Source of the DNA: Vicugna vicugna
Lineage: Eukaryota
Length of the DNA stretch: 64,000 bases
Direction of reading: 5' to 3'
Assembly (NCBI GenBank): GCA_013265495.1
Contig: MU057560.1
Coordinates: 2,974,909 to 3,038,908 of the forward strand
The notes under the pieces were generated by a model, which did not search any database, had not been told where the DNA came from, and saw only the letters and a program-made list of their open reading frames with translations. A program made the position numbers and the translations under genes. Below are positions 22,376 to 36,810 of the stretch, piece after piece; the first letter of the stretch is position 1; every line of letters begins with the position of its first letter.

Positions 22376-25300
22376 GTACGTGCAGCTCCCGAGACCCTCC
22401 CCTCCTCCGCCCCCGCGCGCGGGACCGCGGGCCGGCTTCCGCACTGGGCCGAGCCGCCGCCACTGGTAACGTGAGGGCCAGGCGCCCTGGGCACAGAGCA
22501 CTGTCCCTGCCATGGGCCTCGCCCAGAGCTCGAGCTCAGAACCGCGGACCCCTCCGAGGCTCCCGCCCTAGTGCCCCGGCTCCTTCTGCAGGAAACGTTT
22601 CTCCGTCACCTGGTAACACATCTTTCTCAATTGGAAAGGGGCAGGAAAAAGACGCGGGACAGCCTAAGGTCCCTGAGGACAGCCATCGAGCGGCAAGCGT
22701 CCTAATCCCACGGGGAGCTGATCTCTTAAACATTGAAATTTGAGCCCCAAGCCTGTACGGTTCTCACACACAGAGACCAGCAGAGCCTGGCACAAGGTGC
22801 CTGGCCTCGCGATCCCCAGGCCCCGCCCGCCCCTCCGCGCGCGTTCCTAGAGCACAGCGTGGAGAGGCAGCCGCATGAGAACTCAAGAAGTCTACGCCGC
22901 TGCCACTCGCTCGACATTTTCTGAGCATCTGCGTTGCACCGGGCCCTAAGCTAGAGGTGAACTGAAAGAATCGTTTGGCACAATGTCTACGCAAGGCGGG
23001 TCTAGACCCTGTGGCCTGGAGCGAGAACTCCTTGTCGTGCTTGGTCGGGAACCACAAGCCCAGGTAAGGACGAGCGCCCGGATGAACCGAGATGCCCTGG
23101 AGGTGACGTCGTCAGCGGTGGAAAGCAGTGCAGCGTCGAACAAAGAAATAAACCGCCTTACGGGGTAGCCGTCGCCTCCCTGCTAAGATCAGATTATAGC
23201 ATGGGCAGTCGGGGCAGGATGAGCACCTCTGCTCTAAATGCTTCCTCACCAAGGGGAGGGGGGAGGAGGGGAAGAAGGAGGAGAGAGGGGAGTCAGGACA
23301 ACAGGGGGGGGATCAGCCCCACAGGCTGACCCCTCCCCCCAGCAGGGGGACCGCGTGGGTCAGGGTGGCCCTACACTGTGTGGTCACCGAGCCAGCAGGT
23401 CCCAGGGTCCAGGGGCCGCTCCCTGGCTGGCCGGCCCTTGTGGCTCAGGGACAGAGCTCGCATGGGGCTCAGTTCCCCACTAAGGTCCTCCTGCCAGTCT
23501 TGGCTTCCGTGTTCGCTTCCCACCCGTTCGGGGGCACCGGTTACATAGCACAGGTCAGGGAAAGGCATGAACTCTGAACAGCAACAAGGAGAACTGGAGG
23601 ATGCGACTTACAGGCGGCTCTTCCCACTCACCCGATGAGAACGCCCCACTCTCTAGGCCAGCTGTCCATCTGGGCATGGTGGCGCTGGGGCCGGGCCAAT
23701 CTTCCCTGCGTGCGCTGCCCTGTGCATAGCTGGGTGTCAGGCAGCAGCCCCGGCTCTGCCCACTGGACGCTGGTGGCGCTGCCCTCCCCCTTCCTGACAA
23801 CCAAAGATGTCCCCGGGCGCGTCTCCATGTTCGCACTGGCGACACCAGAGTCAAGAAGGGTCGTGCTGGTCCCGCAGGCAGGTCAGAGCCAGCCACTGCG
23901 TCATGAACGAGGAGGACAGTAAATACCTCAAAGCTACCGCTGGGGTGGGACCGCTGGTTCTGAGAAAGTAAAATAAAATAGCGCAAAGCTCTAGTTAAAC
24001 GTCTGAGTCAAGCACATTTTACGCCACTCTTAATTTTAGTTGATCTCAGAACTTACCTCAGTCCTCACACAGCCAGAAATTCCACCGCAGAATAGTGTCT
24101 GCAAACTAACAGTGAACATTTAGGGGCTATTTCATCTCCAAATGTCTGTTTTCCGACTGATTTTGAGGGGAGGGTGGCATTCTGGAAACTTATTCTTAGT
24201 TTCAACATCTGTGCGCATTTAACTTACAAATGGTGGACGTTGGTGTAGCAGAAACTTGTGAACACGAGGTAGTTTAAGCTTGGATTCAAGCTGCACTCTG
24301 TGCCCAGCGTGCACACTTACAGGGTTAGTCTGTAGAGCTGGTTTTCAGCAAATGTGAACACTTTAAACAGCCCTGCAGGGGTTGGCACGTTAAAAGTCGA
24401 GCACATTCCTCGATATCGCTTGTCGTAGAAATAACTTCCCGAGCACAGATCGAGTGGGGATGAGCCCTTGGCTGAGCAGAAACGGGGCCCAGGGTGACAG
24501 GCCCCGGGCACACCGAGCACTGGTGACAGACACAAGGGACCCCCAGGCCTGATGACTCCTGAAGGTCTTAAGTACCTTTCCCGGTTAATCTCAGGCTGTC
24601 CACTTCCCGGGGTCATGAGGTGGTGCCGCCGGCATGCAGACCACAGGGAACCGCCTCTCAGGAGCAGGCGCTCCCCCTGATGGATCCTCGGAGAGGTACA
24701 GCGGCTCACAGACTTCTTGGTTTCCTGCGCGCGTGGAAGTGTGTTTGCACCGTGCTGTGGCCTGAGTGCGCAGTAGCGTCATGTCTGGAGAGCAGCGTAC
24801 AGACCCTCATTTAAAAACGCTTTGCTGCTAAAAAGAGAGCCAACCATCCTCTGAGCCTTCAGCAAGTTGTCATCTCTTTGTAACAGTAACACCAAGGGCC
24901 ACTGACCACCGATGGCCAGAACAAACACAGGCCCAGCGGAGAAGCTTGAAACACGCGAGGACGGTTCAGAGGCAACACAGAGAAGCGAGGGGAGCAGACG
25001 CTGTTGGAAAGCAGCTCCGACAGACCTGCCGGACGCAGCTGCCCAGAGGCCTCACCTCGTGCACGTGCAGCGTCCACCGGAGCGCAGTGCAGCGACGTGC
25101 GGCCCACGGAGGTCTCCGAGCCCCTCCTGGGGCTGAGGAGGGGAGCAGAGTCGCGGCACTGGGACCCCCGGGTCCAGGTGAGCAGCGTGGCCGTGGCCCC
25201 CGCCCTCCCCCTCCGGCGGATGCACACGTTCAAATTCCGTCCCCGGCCCGGGAGGGCCCCACTCCCTCCTACAGCTGAACAGCCCGCCCCGGGCACCACC

Positions 25301-26849
25301 CGGGGACTTACGGAAGTCTGCCTTTCGCCACCAGCCTCAGCGCCACACCGAGCAGCAGGCAGCCTCGCTTCTCTGCACTGGAGGAAGCCGATGCTGAGTG
25401 GGTCGCTACCTGTCGGAGACAGAGCCCAGCCGGAGTGGCCGCTGCCAGTGCCAGGTCTCGTGTGGAGCCCAGTGCCCCGACGGCCCGTGGGGGGGCCTGC
25501 AGTCGGCCCCCAACAGGATGGGGGGCCCAACCCGTCCCCCCGACGAGGTCTGATGTGTGTCTGCTTTTGTCTGCGTGGTGATGGGGGAGAGGTTTCCTGT
25601 CTCTGTGTCGTCTCTGAAGCTCTCCTGATTCACTTTCCTCCATGCGGCTGACCGTCTATGATGTCCTATCAAAAGCCCGCCACCAAAAGCTCTGTCCTCA
25701 GTAGTGAGGCCTCCTTGGCCACTGCGCAGGCAGACGGGGCCCAGCTGTGTCTGCCTTCTCACCTTCAGACGACAACAGAGAAATCTGTCTCATCAGCTCT
25801 CCCTCCAAGACCCCGTTTCCAGGCCTCTTTTTTCTTTTCCTGACTCTTCTCTGGGCAGCTGTTTTCTGCAGTTTCCACACCTGCTGGTGCGGTGACGGCT
25901 CAGCACGACCCTCCCACACAGGACGCCCAGGAGCATCTCTCGCCCTGTCACCCGCTACGCATGGCGACAGACCCAGAGCCGGGAGCCGGCGCACCAGGGC
26001 AGAAGTGGCCCAGGTCTCACAAACGGTGATGCCGCACGAATCTGCCCCACCTCCACCCGGGAGTCCCTCGCAGCCCCACAGAGCAGCACGGCCCTAGGGC
26101 TCCGGAATGTTCTGTGACAGCCGAAGACAGCTGCACGGAGCACGTGCGACACACCCAGAGCGTCCCTGAGCACACGGCACGTGCACCTCACGCCCACAAC
26201 CACACGTGAGGGGGTGGGACAGCGCAGAAAGCCTGCGTCCCCCGCGGCCAAGCCCAGTTTCTCTGGGGGCACCTGCCCTCCTGACAACACCTGCCCCCAG
26301 GGAACAGCATCCCACTCTGCCAGCCTGCCCGCTGCGCCCTGGGACACACAGCAAGGGCCCCAGGGGCCCGGCTGCCGGGAGGCCAACCGTCCCCTGTCCT
26401 GGGAAGATGTGGAAACAGGCTTGAGAAGACACAGACGCCCACAAGGAGTGTGCCCCCCTGGGCTCCCATCCCAGGCACAAAACCCAGACATGCGACAGTC
26501 TCAGGGAGCGCTGGCCTAGCCCACCCGCGGGGCTCTTCCTCTGGACAGTCTCCCATCCACCTCTGGCTCAGCTGCGGACACCGGCCGCCCCCTTGCTGGT
26601 CAGGAGGCCGCAGGGCCCAGGCCCTCACTGCCGCCTACTCTGCCCCGCCCCAGGCTGCTCTTCCACCCGAGAGGCAAGGCTTCTGAAAGGGCCCCCACAT
26701 CTCTACCCCTTCAAGCAGAGGTGCAGACGCACGTGGCCCTGCGTCGATGATCCAGGACTTGTGGGCAGGGCGGTTGCTATTGCGGAAACTTAGCCGTTGA
26801 GAACAGAATTGCAAACCTCAGCCCAGAAGCCTAGAACCCTGGGAAAGCC

Positions 26850-27760
26850 AGTAAATGTTTGTCAACTGCCTAATACGTGTCAGAAGTGGTGACAGTGAGG
26901 GGCCCAGTCTTCAGGGAATAAACAGTCTAACGGAGCAAAGGCATGGACGAGTGAGACAGAGGTGGAAACCGACACGGCAGCGGCCAGGAAAACACGCGCA
27001 TGGTGACCGAGCAGGTCTTGGTGCCAAGGACGCCGGAGACAGGCCATGATGTCTGGGCCGAGTGCTGAGGGCGCCCGAGAGTTTCCAGGAAATCGTGGGA
27101 AGGCAGGGTTTTCCAGGCCAAGGGACAGAATCAGGCTAGTGCGGCCACAGCAGTCAGTGTCTGCTTGGCAAACGGTGCAGAATTCAGCTTGGTCAGCACC
27201 TTGGGTTTAAGCGTACGGAAGTGGTTCTCTGTGGGACGATTTCAGGAGTCTTTAGGGGTTTAAATGTCATTCTGTAGAAACACAGAGAGTGACAGGGTGG
27301 CCGGTCAGCAGAGGACCTGCTGCTGAGATGTAAGAGGCATCGGAAAGCGCCCGGGGCTGGGCTGGGATGGGGAGCATCCAGGAGAAGATTCTAGAAGATG
27401 GAAGCCTCAGTGGGGACATGACACGCAGGGCCAGGGGGAGGAGAGGCAGGAGGGCACCGCACAGGCCGAGAGCCCAGCTTCTGCCTGGACGGAGGCAAGT
27501 GGGGAGGCTGCTGTGTGCTGGCAGGAGGCCATCCGCACGGTGGGGTAATTTCTGCTGAAACACATTAGCTGGGAGATTCTCACTGTCCGTGCAGGTTACC
27601 AAGGGGGTGCGTCTGGAGGAGAACTGGGGTGCAGTCCCAGGACAGGCACTGTTTGAACTCATTGGAGATTCAGCAGACAGGAAAGAGGACCTCACCTCTT
27701 AGAAACAAACGGCAGGTCCAAATGTGGAGAACCCAGCTTCCCGGAGCCCAGCGAAGACAC
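26850..27760 (-). mobile_element. L2 LINE 3' region, fragmented
   Basis: aaatgtttgtcaactgcctaatacgtgtcag...cagtcttcagggaataaacagtctaa resembles the antisense L2 tail. gggagcatccaggagaagattctagaagatggaagcctcag resembles the L2 motif gggaaggcttcctggaggaggtgac. Boundaries approximate. Confidence 0.45.
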
Positions 27761-29946
27761 GGGCCACATTGTGGGGACCGTCCCAGGCTCTGCAGAATGG
27801 ATTCCACGTCACTCCAGCAGCAAGAGGAACCAGGGCTGAGGACCCTAAAGAAGGAGTCACAAGTTCAGACAGAAGGGGAGGGTCTGGGCTTCCCGGCACC
27901 CTGTCTGCCAGCACCGCCCAGACCCCTGGTGTCCCCTGTTTACGTAGAGCGCACGCCCTGGGCATTGTCACCTAGAGCAAGGACGAGGAAGTGGAGGCTG
28001 CGGGCTGCCCCGGGCTGGGGGAGCCCCGGGTGCCGCAGCCCAAGGGCCCTCACCCCGCGCGCCTCCAGTGGGACGGCCTTTTCCCTCTCGGGGCTGACTC
28101 GGCGGGATCGGCCGCGCTGGGTGACCACATCCATATTTTCAGCAGAAGAGACGTCAGGGCTGATGGACCCCGAGGTGCGTTATTCCCAGGCTCCAGTGCC
28201 CAGCTGGCGGTGGGAACCTTCAGGCATGAGATCAGCCAGAGGAGGTCACAGAAACCCACCTGCCCAACAGTGAAATGCTGCCGCGGGAACAAGGCCCCGC
28301 AGCCCTGGATCTGCGGGGACATCAATGGTGATGGGGACCCCAGGCCACCGCTGTGCGGGGACAGGAATCTCACTGAAAGCTGGTGCCGGGGCAGGGAGAG
28401 GACCCGGGCATGAGGGGCCTCGTCCGCGGCGCCCACCCCCCACGCACGGCTTCTCGGGGGGCAGGGGGCCAGCACCCCAAGCCCCCACAGGGGATGACAG
28501 TGCCCCTCCGACCCACGTCCCTTGAGCGCTGGCTGCAGAGTCCTCACCCTAGGAGAGGATTCCAGAATTGCAGCCCAGCCCTGGGTCAGGGCTGTGGTTT
28601 CCTCGGAGTCGAGTTAGGTCCCGGAGGGCCCAGCCGAGGACTCGGGGAGGCGGGGGAGGCAGGCAGAGCACGGAGACCAACCTGCAGGCTTCATAGAGCG
28701 CGGGCCCGGGGCGAGGCCGGATGGCTCCAGCAGGAAGTCCCAGGACGGCAGCCGTCACGCCGTGCGGAGACGCAGCCCCCACCCGATGCCACAGCGACCT
28801 GGGCACAGCTGTCCTCATGAGGGACCGCAGTGGGGCCAGCGGGCTGCGGAGACAGAGCAGGGAAGTGCAGCCCCCACTTTCTAAACTTTTACCATGAAGC
28901 GGGGGGAGAGTGAACGAGGCACGCCCTGTGTCTTCTGTCACCAATAAAAGGTGACCGGGAAGCAGCGGAGGGAGACAGGTCGCGTGCGAGGGGAGGTGGA
29001 ACAGGTGAGGATGGACACAGGGGGGCCCGACACCCCAGCCCCAGGGCTCAGGCACCGGGGCGCCAGGCCCCTGCACCCACCTCCGCCCGCGAAGAGCGGC
29101 CTTCCACGAGGGGAGCCAGGCAGCCCCACAACCTTGGGGAAACGCTAAGGAAATGGTAGTGATGGGGCGATGGGGACCGTCCCCTCTTAGGACAGCCGGC
29201 CCTCCGCCCGAGGACCAGGACGCTCAGAGAGAAGCCAGACCTGATGGGGAAACTAGTTCGGACACTCGGGACTGTGACGCAGAGCAGTGACGTCCCACCC
29301 GGACGCAGCCCTGCGCCACGCAGGCCTCCCCTCCACGTGTCTCCGGGCATCTGTAAGGGTCCCGCACCTGGTTCTTTAGTTCTGTGCAGAGAGACCCGTT
29401 CATTCTGTATATTCTGACATCGCACAGCCTACTAGCTTATTGCTAGCTGTTGCTGAACAGAAAAAATACTCATGTGTATGTGTATATATAAACACATTCC
29501 AGCTGGAGAATGTCCTTTAGATAACGTGACCCCTATTTCCAAATATTTCAAAATTAAATAAAATAATCATGTTCAAATTCCACGGGATCGCCTGCAGGGA
29601 CACAGGAGGCTGTGCTTCACATAAATCAGGACAATGACCAGCATACGGTCCCTCCCAAGACAGAAGGGCTCTGGAATCTGGGGGCAGGCACGGCCCCCGA
29701 GAAAGAATGGGGGGCTCCTTACTGTCGCCCTTTCTGTGCAGGGAGCACCCCCTCCCTCAGCGAGGCAGCCCAGCCTCTCCGGCGACTCCCAAGGCTTCTG
29801 TTTCTACACGGGGCTGTTTCTCCACCAGCCCTGGGTGCCCTCCTCGCAGGGGACCGACAGGGTGTGAAGGCGGCGGGTGCGCAGAGGGGCTTCCCCCTCG
29901 GGATTTCATTTTCCTGCAGGAAGCACCAGCCTCTGGAGGGAGCTGA

Positions 29947-30267
<321 letters not shown>

Positions 30268-31001
30268 TGAATAGCAGGTGAGGTGATGACCCGGTGTCCC
30301 CCCAGCCAGTGTTCCAGTAAGCAAGTGATGAGAAAGCTCCCTCTACCCCTTGGTGGAAGAAGCAGCTTAATTTACTGGGAGAGGCATATTCGGCAGCACA
30401 GCACTGAAAGTGGACATTTCCCTGACGTCCTAGCTCGTGAGAGTCACTCAGCAGCACGTGCTCTGCCTCCCGCTGAGGCAGGACGGAGACCGTCCCCTGG
30501 GGAGAAACCAGCGTCCCACTCTCCCCCAGGTGCTGGCCCCGAGCCCCTGCCCAGAGAGCCTGGCTCTCAAGAAACTGTGAGATAAACCTGTTGCCAGCTT
30601 CCTGAAATTTTAATCTCACTCAGTGTCTCTGGAGAAAAATTCTGATTACAATGAAAATGGCAATTAAAATGCAAACACGATTGCAGTCTCGCGGTGAGTC
30701 GGCCCCCTGCCACACCCACGACGGGAAGTTTCAGAAGGTGCACGAGCTGACTCGCCTCCTGTCGACCTTCAGCTGCAGCCAGTGATGTTCCCGTTTATTA
30801 AAAAAAAGTGCTGGCGAGGTCTTAGCTAAATGTCGCCTCTGCTGCGTAAAGTCCTTTCCAGCTGGAAGGGTGTCCTCTGGTCTCAGAACACACAGCCCAA
30901 CAAACAGCCCTTGAGAAGAACACAGGCTTATAAAATAATCTACTAAAAATAATCCTCCAGTTTCCCACTGACTTTGCATGTTTCCTCCACAAAGATTGTG
31001 A

Positions 31002-31535
<534 letters not shown>

Positions 31536-33844
31536 TGAGTGCGCCTGCCCGGCTCCCAAGCGATCCCCGGGTCGAGGGAGAGAATGCCGGAACCCGCGGC
31601 GCCAAGCGCACGGCCTCCGTGAGGTCTGGGGAAAGAGGGGGGCGCACATCGATTTGGGAAGGCGCAGACTCGCCCTGGCCCGGCCGTGCGCGGGGCGGGT
31701 TTCCAGGGGCTCCGATCAGGGTCCGCGGGGAGAGAGGCTGCGCTTCGCACACGTGCACACGCACGCAAGAGCGTCTGTGGACCTAGTTGCTCGTTTCGGC
31801 TGAAGACTGCAGGCAGGCCCCCCTCGAGGAAGGTGGGTGCAGCTGGGCTCAGGGCCTCGTGAGGGACACCACAAAGCCTCCCGGGGAACCAGTCGTCATC
31901 GCTTAACTTAAAGAGGAACGTGGGGCGTCACACTGCCTACCCGACGGCCTGCCCTGTTGAGTCGAGTGGCCCCTGTAGGAGTGAGGACTGCGGGTGTGGG
32001 CGAAGCACAGAGGTGCCCTGCTTCCTGGGGGAGGGGGGGGGACACAGCGTCACACACACGACGCAGCCCCTTGGGGCTCGTCGAGCTGGACCTCTCCGAC
32101 CTCCGCCTTCCGCGTAAACACTGTGCACCCGCCGCAACCTGCAGAGCCCTGCTGAGCACGGGATGAGCCGGGAGGAGTGACGGGTGACCACGGGCCCCAG
32201 CATTTGTGGGAAGGTTTGTTTTAGTGTAAAAGAAGTTCTTGCCCAGGTAGCAAACTCAGACGGGACCAGCGGGCCTGGGCAGGGACGAACGTCTTTCCCG
32301 GAGTCTTTCCAAGCGGAGTCCCCGCTTCGCAGGAAGTTCCTTTGAACAGAGAGGCACCCAGCCCTGCTGAATGCGTCCGGGGGGAACAGAGGCCCCAACC
32401 CCTACCCCACGCCCGCTTTTCCCTTTGAATGCAGGCAGGTCTCAGTGTGTCGTAGGCACCTGCAGAGGACACGGTGTAGTGCCTTCGGCAGGATTCCCCT
32501 GGCCCAGCTGGCAGCAGGCAGGTGCGGGCTCGGCGAAACATCTCCTTCCACTCAGAGCCCCCCTGCTTCCCAGTCACGGGGTCCGGTCTCCGTTCCAGAT
32601 GCAGCGCCGCCCAGGGCCGGACAGGGAGCTCCCTTCCGCAGACACCTGCTCGTCCCTGGGCAGCGGGCCCTCGGGATACAGACCTAGAGGCAAAAACCCT
32701 TGTCCCAAATTCTGATAGGCCGGCCCGAATGCCCCCCAGAAAGCTCCGGCTTCCCTAACTCTTCCGTGGTCCGCGAAGCTTTCAGACGACGGTGCACCCC
32801 GCCCACGCGGCCCCTGAGGAAGGGCGGGCACGTGCTGCTGAGCCGGGGCGCGTGGAAGTGGGTCCACTTCTCCGAGTAACGCGGAGCGCCCCTGGGTTCC
32901 CGAAACCGCGCAGGAGCCGGGCGTGCGCGGAACGCTGGAGGTGTGGCGTCCGCCGTGCCCCCGGACCTTCGCCGCGTCAGTCAGGAGAGTAATGGCCTCC
33001 AGGAGCCGCGGGCAGGCGGGACCCCTTCCGCGGGCGGGCCGCTCGGCGCGTCCTGCGGCCGGCGGCCCCTGACTCCCGGAGCCGCTGTGGGCGGGGCCGC
33101 CGCCACCTCGGCCACGCCCCCGCCCTCCCCCCGCCCCCGCGCACCCGCTGGCTGACACCCAGGGGCCAAACTTAGGGCCCCTGTGCAGCCTCTCCCGGGT
33201 GTCTGGCCTTCCTGTCTCTGTCCCCGGAGGGACCCACCTTCCTGGGGCCTCTGGCTGAAGAGGGAGTTGACTCACACGCAGCCTCGTCCAGGCAGCTGGG
33301 GCGACCTCAGGGCGCAGGTGCGCCTGGTGAAGACAGCTGGTGGCTCGCTGACTCGGACAGAGCCTCTCTGCTCTGGAATCCCTGTGATGAGCCCTGTGCT
33401 CTGCAGACAGCTCACCCAGGGCGTCGAGGGGGTCCCGGGAGGCGCCCCGAGTCCAGGGCACACCCGACAAGCCAGCCGGCCGCGCCCACCCGGCCTGCGC
33501 GGGGCGGGGAGGCCGGGGATCCGGGCGGGGACACCGGGCTCCGCGGGGCCCAGAGCTGGAGGGCAGAGCCTCGGAGCAACTCAGAAGCGGCTCTGTCCCC
33601 GTGGGGCCCTGCCTGAGCGGCAGATCTTTGATACTTCGCTGCGAGAGCGTGTCGCAGCCATCTGAGCCCCCGCCTCGGCGCTCTGAGCAGGGGCGGGGGC
33701 GGGGATGTCATGTGGAAAGTGTTCAGACCTCCCTGGAGCCCCGTGACCGGCGGCCACCGTCCTGGGTGTGACCGTGTGAAGAGACCCAGGGCGGGGACGG
33801 GGGTGAGAGGGGAGGACAGGACCCTGAGAGCCTGGACCTACCTT

Positions 33845-33995
33845 CTTACAGTTGTGTAAACACACGGAACAGCGAATGCACCATTTAAGCACTTTCACGT
33901 CCAGCGCAGGGCCGATCAGCACCCACGCACCGTCCAGCGGGCATCAGACCAGCCTCCCCAGAGCTCTCACGGGCCAAGCACAGCTCTGCCCCCCA
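33845..33995 (-). mobile_element. Ancient LINE-1 (L1MB-like) 3' end fragment, GC-shifted
   Basis: ttacagttgtgtaaacacacggaacagcgaatgcaccatttaagcactttcacgtccagcgcagggccgatcagcacccacgcaccgtccagcgggcatcagaccagcctccccagagctctc resembles aattgtggtaaaatacacataacataaaatttaccatcttaaccatttttaagtgtacagttcagtggcattaagtacattcac...ctccagaac. Confidence 0.55.
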
Positions 33996-35214
33996 GCGCT
34001 AGCTCCCGGCCCCGGCCCCGGGCCCGCCGTCCAGTGGCTCCAACTCTCAGGGCCTCACAGGAGTGGGTCACAGGGCTCCAGTCCGTCTGCGACTGGCTCA
34101 TCCCCCTGAGGGGCCCAGGGCCCGGCCGCCCACCCAGAGCTGGCAGGTGGTTGTCCAGACCTTCAAGGCCCTGGTGAGCCCCAGGTGAGGCGCTGAGGTG
34201 AGGCTCCTTGTGCATCGCACGCGCCCTGAAAACAGAGCAGCTTTCAGACTCAGAAGAAAGACCAGACGAAACAGGTGCCTGTTTATTGTCCTTTTCCCGG
34301 AAGCTGTGACAACCTAGTGATACAGAAGGTGATGGGGAGCCCCTGCCACGCTTCCGGGTCCCGGGAAGCCTGCTCACCCCGATGTCCTCCTGGGGAGGCC
34401 ACCACACAGGTGTTCAAGTACAAGGACACAGAGGTGGCACACGCTCCAAGCGCCCTGTTTGCTGCACAATCATTTCCTCCCATTTCACATTCATCCCGGT
34501 AGGGACGGGGCAGGGTGGGGGTGCTGTTCCTGAACAGAGATGCTGTAAGGACGTAGGAAAAGACTTTACGGTCAGAACTGGCTGGTCAGAACCCGCGGGT
34601 GAGGTGGGAGGCAACCCCTGCGAGTGCGCATCGCCGGCGAGTGCTCAGGGGTCGCGGACAGCTTCCTTTAGGAGCATGAGAAAGGGGATGCAGCTGGGTG
34701 AGATGGGGGCTGGAGGTGCGGGCCTACAGCAGACAAGTGACTGTGCACTGGGCGCCCGCCGGGAGGCACCTGGGTGCATCGGTCATCAGGAGCAGAAAGA
34801 GAAACAGGGTGTCGCCCTGCTGCAGGACACACAGGGAAGGATGCAGGCTCGGGGGCACCAGTGGTGGAGTGGACGCTGAGAGCAGGGTCCAGGGTGGCGG
34901 GAGAGCAGAGAGGCGGGAAGGGCCTCACTGCCTGGGAAGTCACATCTGAGTGCCGGGTGGGCACCCATGCTTCCTGACCTGACCTGCTTCCGCCCGGGGG
35001 CCAGCACCCCGTCCTCTGAGCTAGCCTTCCGGAGCTGCCACAGCAAGGCTCCTGCAGAATTCGGTACCCATCAGAGCAGCCCAGGCCTCTGCGCCTCCCC
35101 ATTGCCCAGAACACCCTTCTCCACGCCCTCACCTGCCCAGAAATGCCCCCTCATCCTCCAGATAATGCTGCTTGATGAGATCAGGGCTGCCTGAGCGCCA
35201 AGCACCTCTGTCCT

Positions 35215-35365
35215 TAGCTTCACACAATCTGATGAAATAGGTACCCTCATGACTCCTGTTTGAAAGATTAAGATTTAAGTCAAAGAGAAGTGATGTGCTG
35301 TCCAAGTTCATGGAGTTTGTAAGTGACAGAGCCAGGGTTCAAACCCCGGCAGCCCAACTCCTCCG
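35215..35365 (-). mobile_element. MIR SINE
   Basis: gtgatgtgctgtccaagttcatggagtttgtaagtgacagagccagggttcaaaccccggcagcccaactcc matches antisense MIR (aagtgacttgcccaaggtcacacagctagtaagtggcagagccgggattcgaacccagg...ctcc). Confidence 0.75.
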
Positions 35366-36729
35366 AGCCAGGGCCCCCTCCTCCGAGCCATCCTGCCTCT
35401 TCTCAGCACTGATGGTTTTGCCAACTTGGTGAAACGGCCCTGACTCCTCTCTCTGCGTGGGCAGTCCCATCCCTTCACGTCCCACGACTGCATCAATGCA
35501 GGAACCCTGGCTCTGATCTGAGCGCCTGCGTGGATGGGACCACGTCTTAGCTCCCGAGCACCCACACGCTTCGCTCGTGCTTGCACTTGTAGCCTCTAGG
35601 GAGTGTTTTCCTGCACCAGTGACTTGGGGCATTTTTTATAAAATTGATCAGAGCTGTGTCTAAGACTGGGAGCAGCTGTGTGTCCACCAGATGCCGACCG
35701 AGGCACTGGAATCTCAGGAGAGACAGGAGAGCTTCAGCAGGTGCCTGAGGGTCCAGTGACCCGAGAGCCCAGGGCCAGGGTCAGAGGTGTCAGGCGCAGG
35801 GACAGGGAGAGAGGAAGGAGAACGCTCCACCGGGGCCTCACCTGACTTGGGGGTGATGGCGTCGGGACTGGTGCTCGCCATGGGGCCGGCAGAGGCGGTG
35901 GGGGGGGGAATGGGGGTGGGTTCTTACCTGCTGAGCTTCCTTACGTGCAAGCATACCGATTGTAACTCGCCGTCACCTCACTCCTACCCAACTCTAAGTA
36001 AAATTAGGAAGACCCTCCAGAATTAAAGGCATGATTCTAACACTAATGTGTAAATAAGTAAATGATCTCAGAAGAACGCCATCTCTCAGTGGGCGCCACC
36101 AAGTAAACTTTTTAAAAATTACCTCCCAGACCTCCTTGCACTGCTTCCGCCCAGACCGCATGAACTAACGTATTTATTTTCAGTTTCACTCCAGTCCTCT
36201 GTAAATGGGATGCTGCCTGTCCTAGAATGTGGACATTGCTTGATACTTCCAGGAAAACGGTAGTCAAGACACATCACCGTACTGAGTACTGACCACGAGT
36301 TGTTTTCTTAATCAGTCGTCTCGTGAATGTGAGCATGCGCTGGGACGTGCTCACTGCCTTAACAACACTCGGACTGGAGCCAGCCCTGGATGGGCGGGCA
36401 GGACAGGAGGCCTCCAAGGTTTGTCTTCACCCCACAGCAGAGCGAGGAAAGGAGGCTGCAGCATCCAGCTGGGGACGGGGCTGGTACCGCCCCCTCACAT
36501 CCCAGGGGGAGCCCAGTCCACAGCATCACCGAGTGCAAGAGACGCTGGGAGATGCAGCCCACGTGGGATGCTGGGGAACGTGTCCACCCAAAGTGCCGGG
36601 CGATGCATTCCTCCCGAGCCCAGGGAGAAGGGGAAGCGTTCATTTATGCACCTGACCCTCCGTGATGTCGAGAAGCCATAGTTTTTACCAAAACCTGGTA
36701 CACAGGTGACCACAGCACCTTGAGGTCCA

Positions 36730-36810
36730 CGTCGTTCCCATTTTAGAGATGAGAACAATAATGCAGCCAGCCAGCACGGAGAAAGTCAGGATTCAACCAG
36801 GGACTACCTC
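36730..36810 (-). mobile_element. MIR SINE core remnant
   Basis: cccattttagagatgagaa and aagtcaggattcaaccagg resemble antisense MIR motifs. Confidence 0.45.

Noticed and set aside
32574-33470. 298-aa minus-strand ORF
   Set aside because: Falls on the most GC-rich block, has low-complexity composition and no domain.
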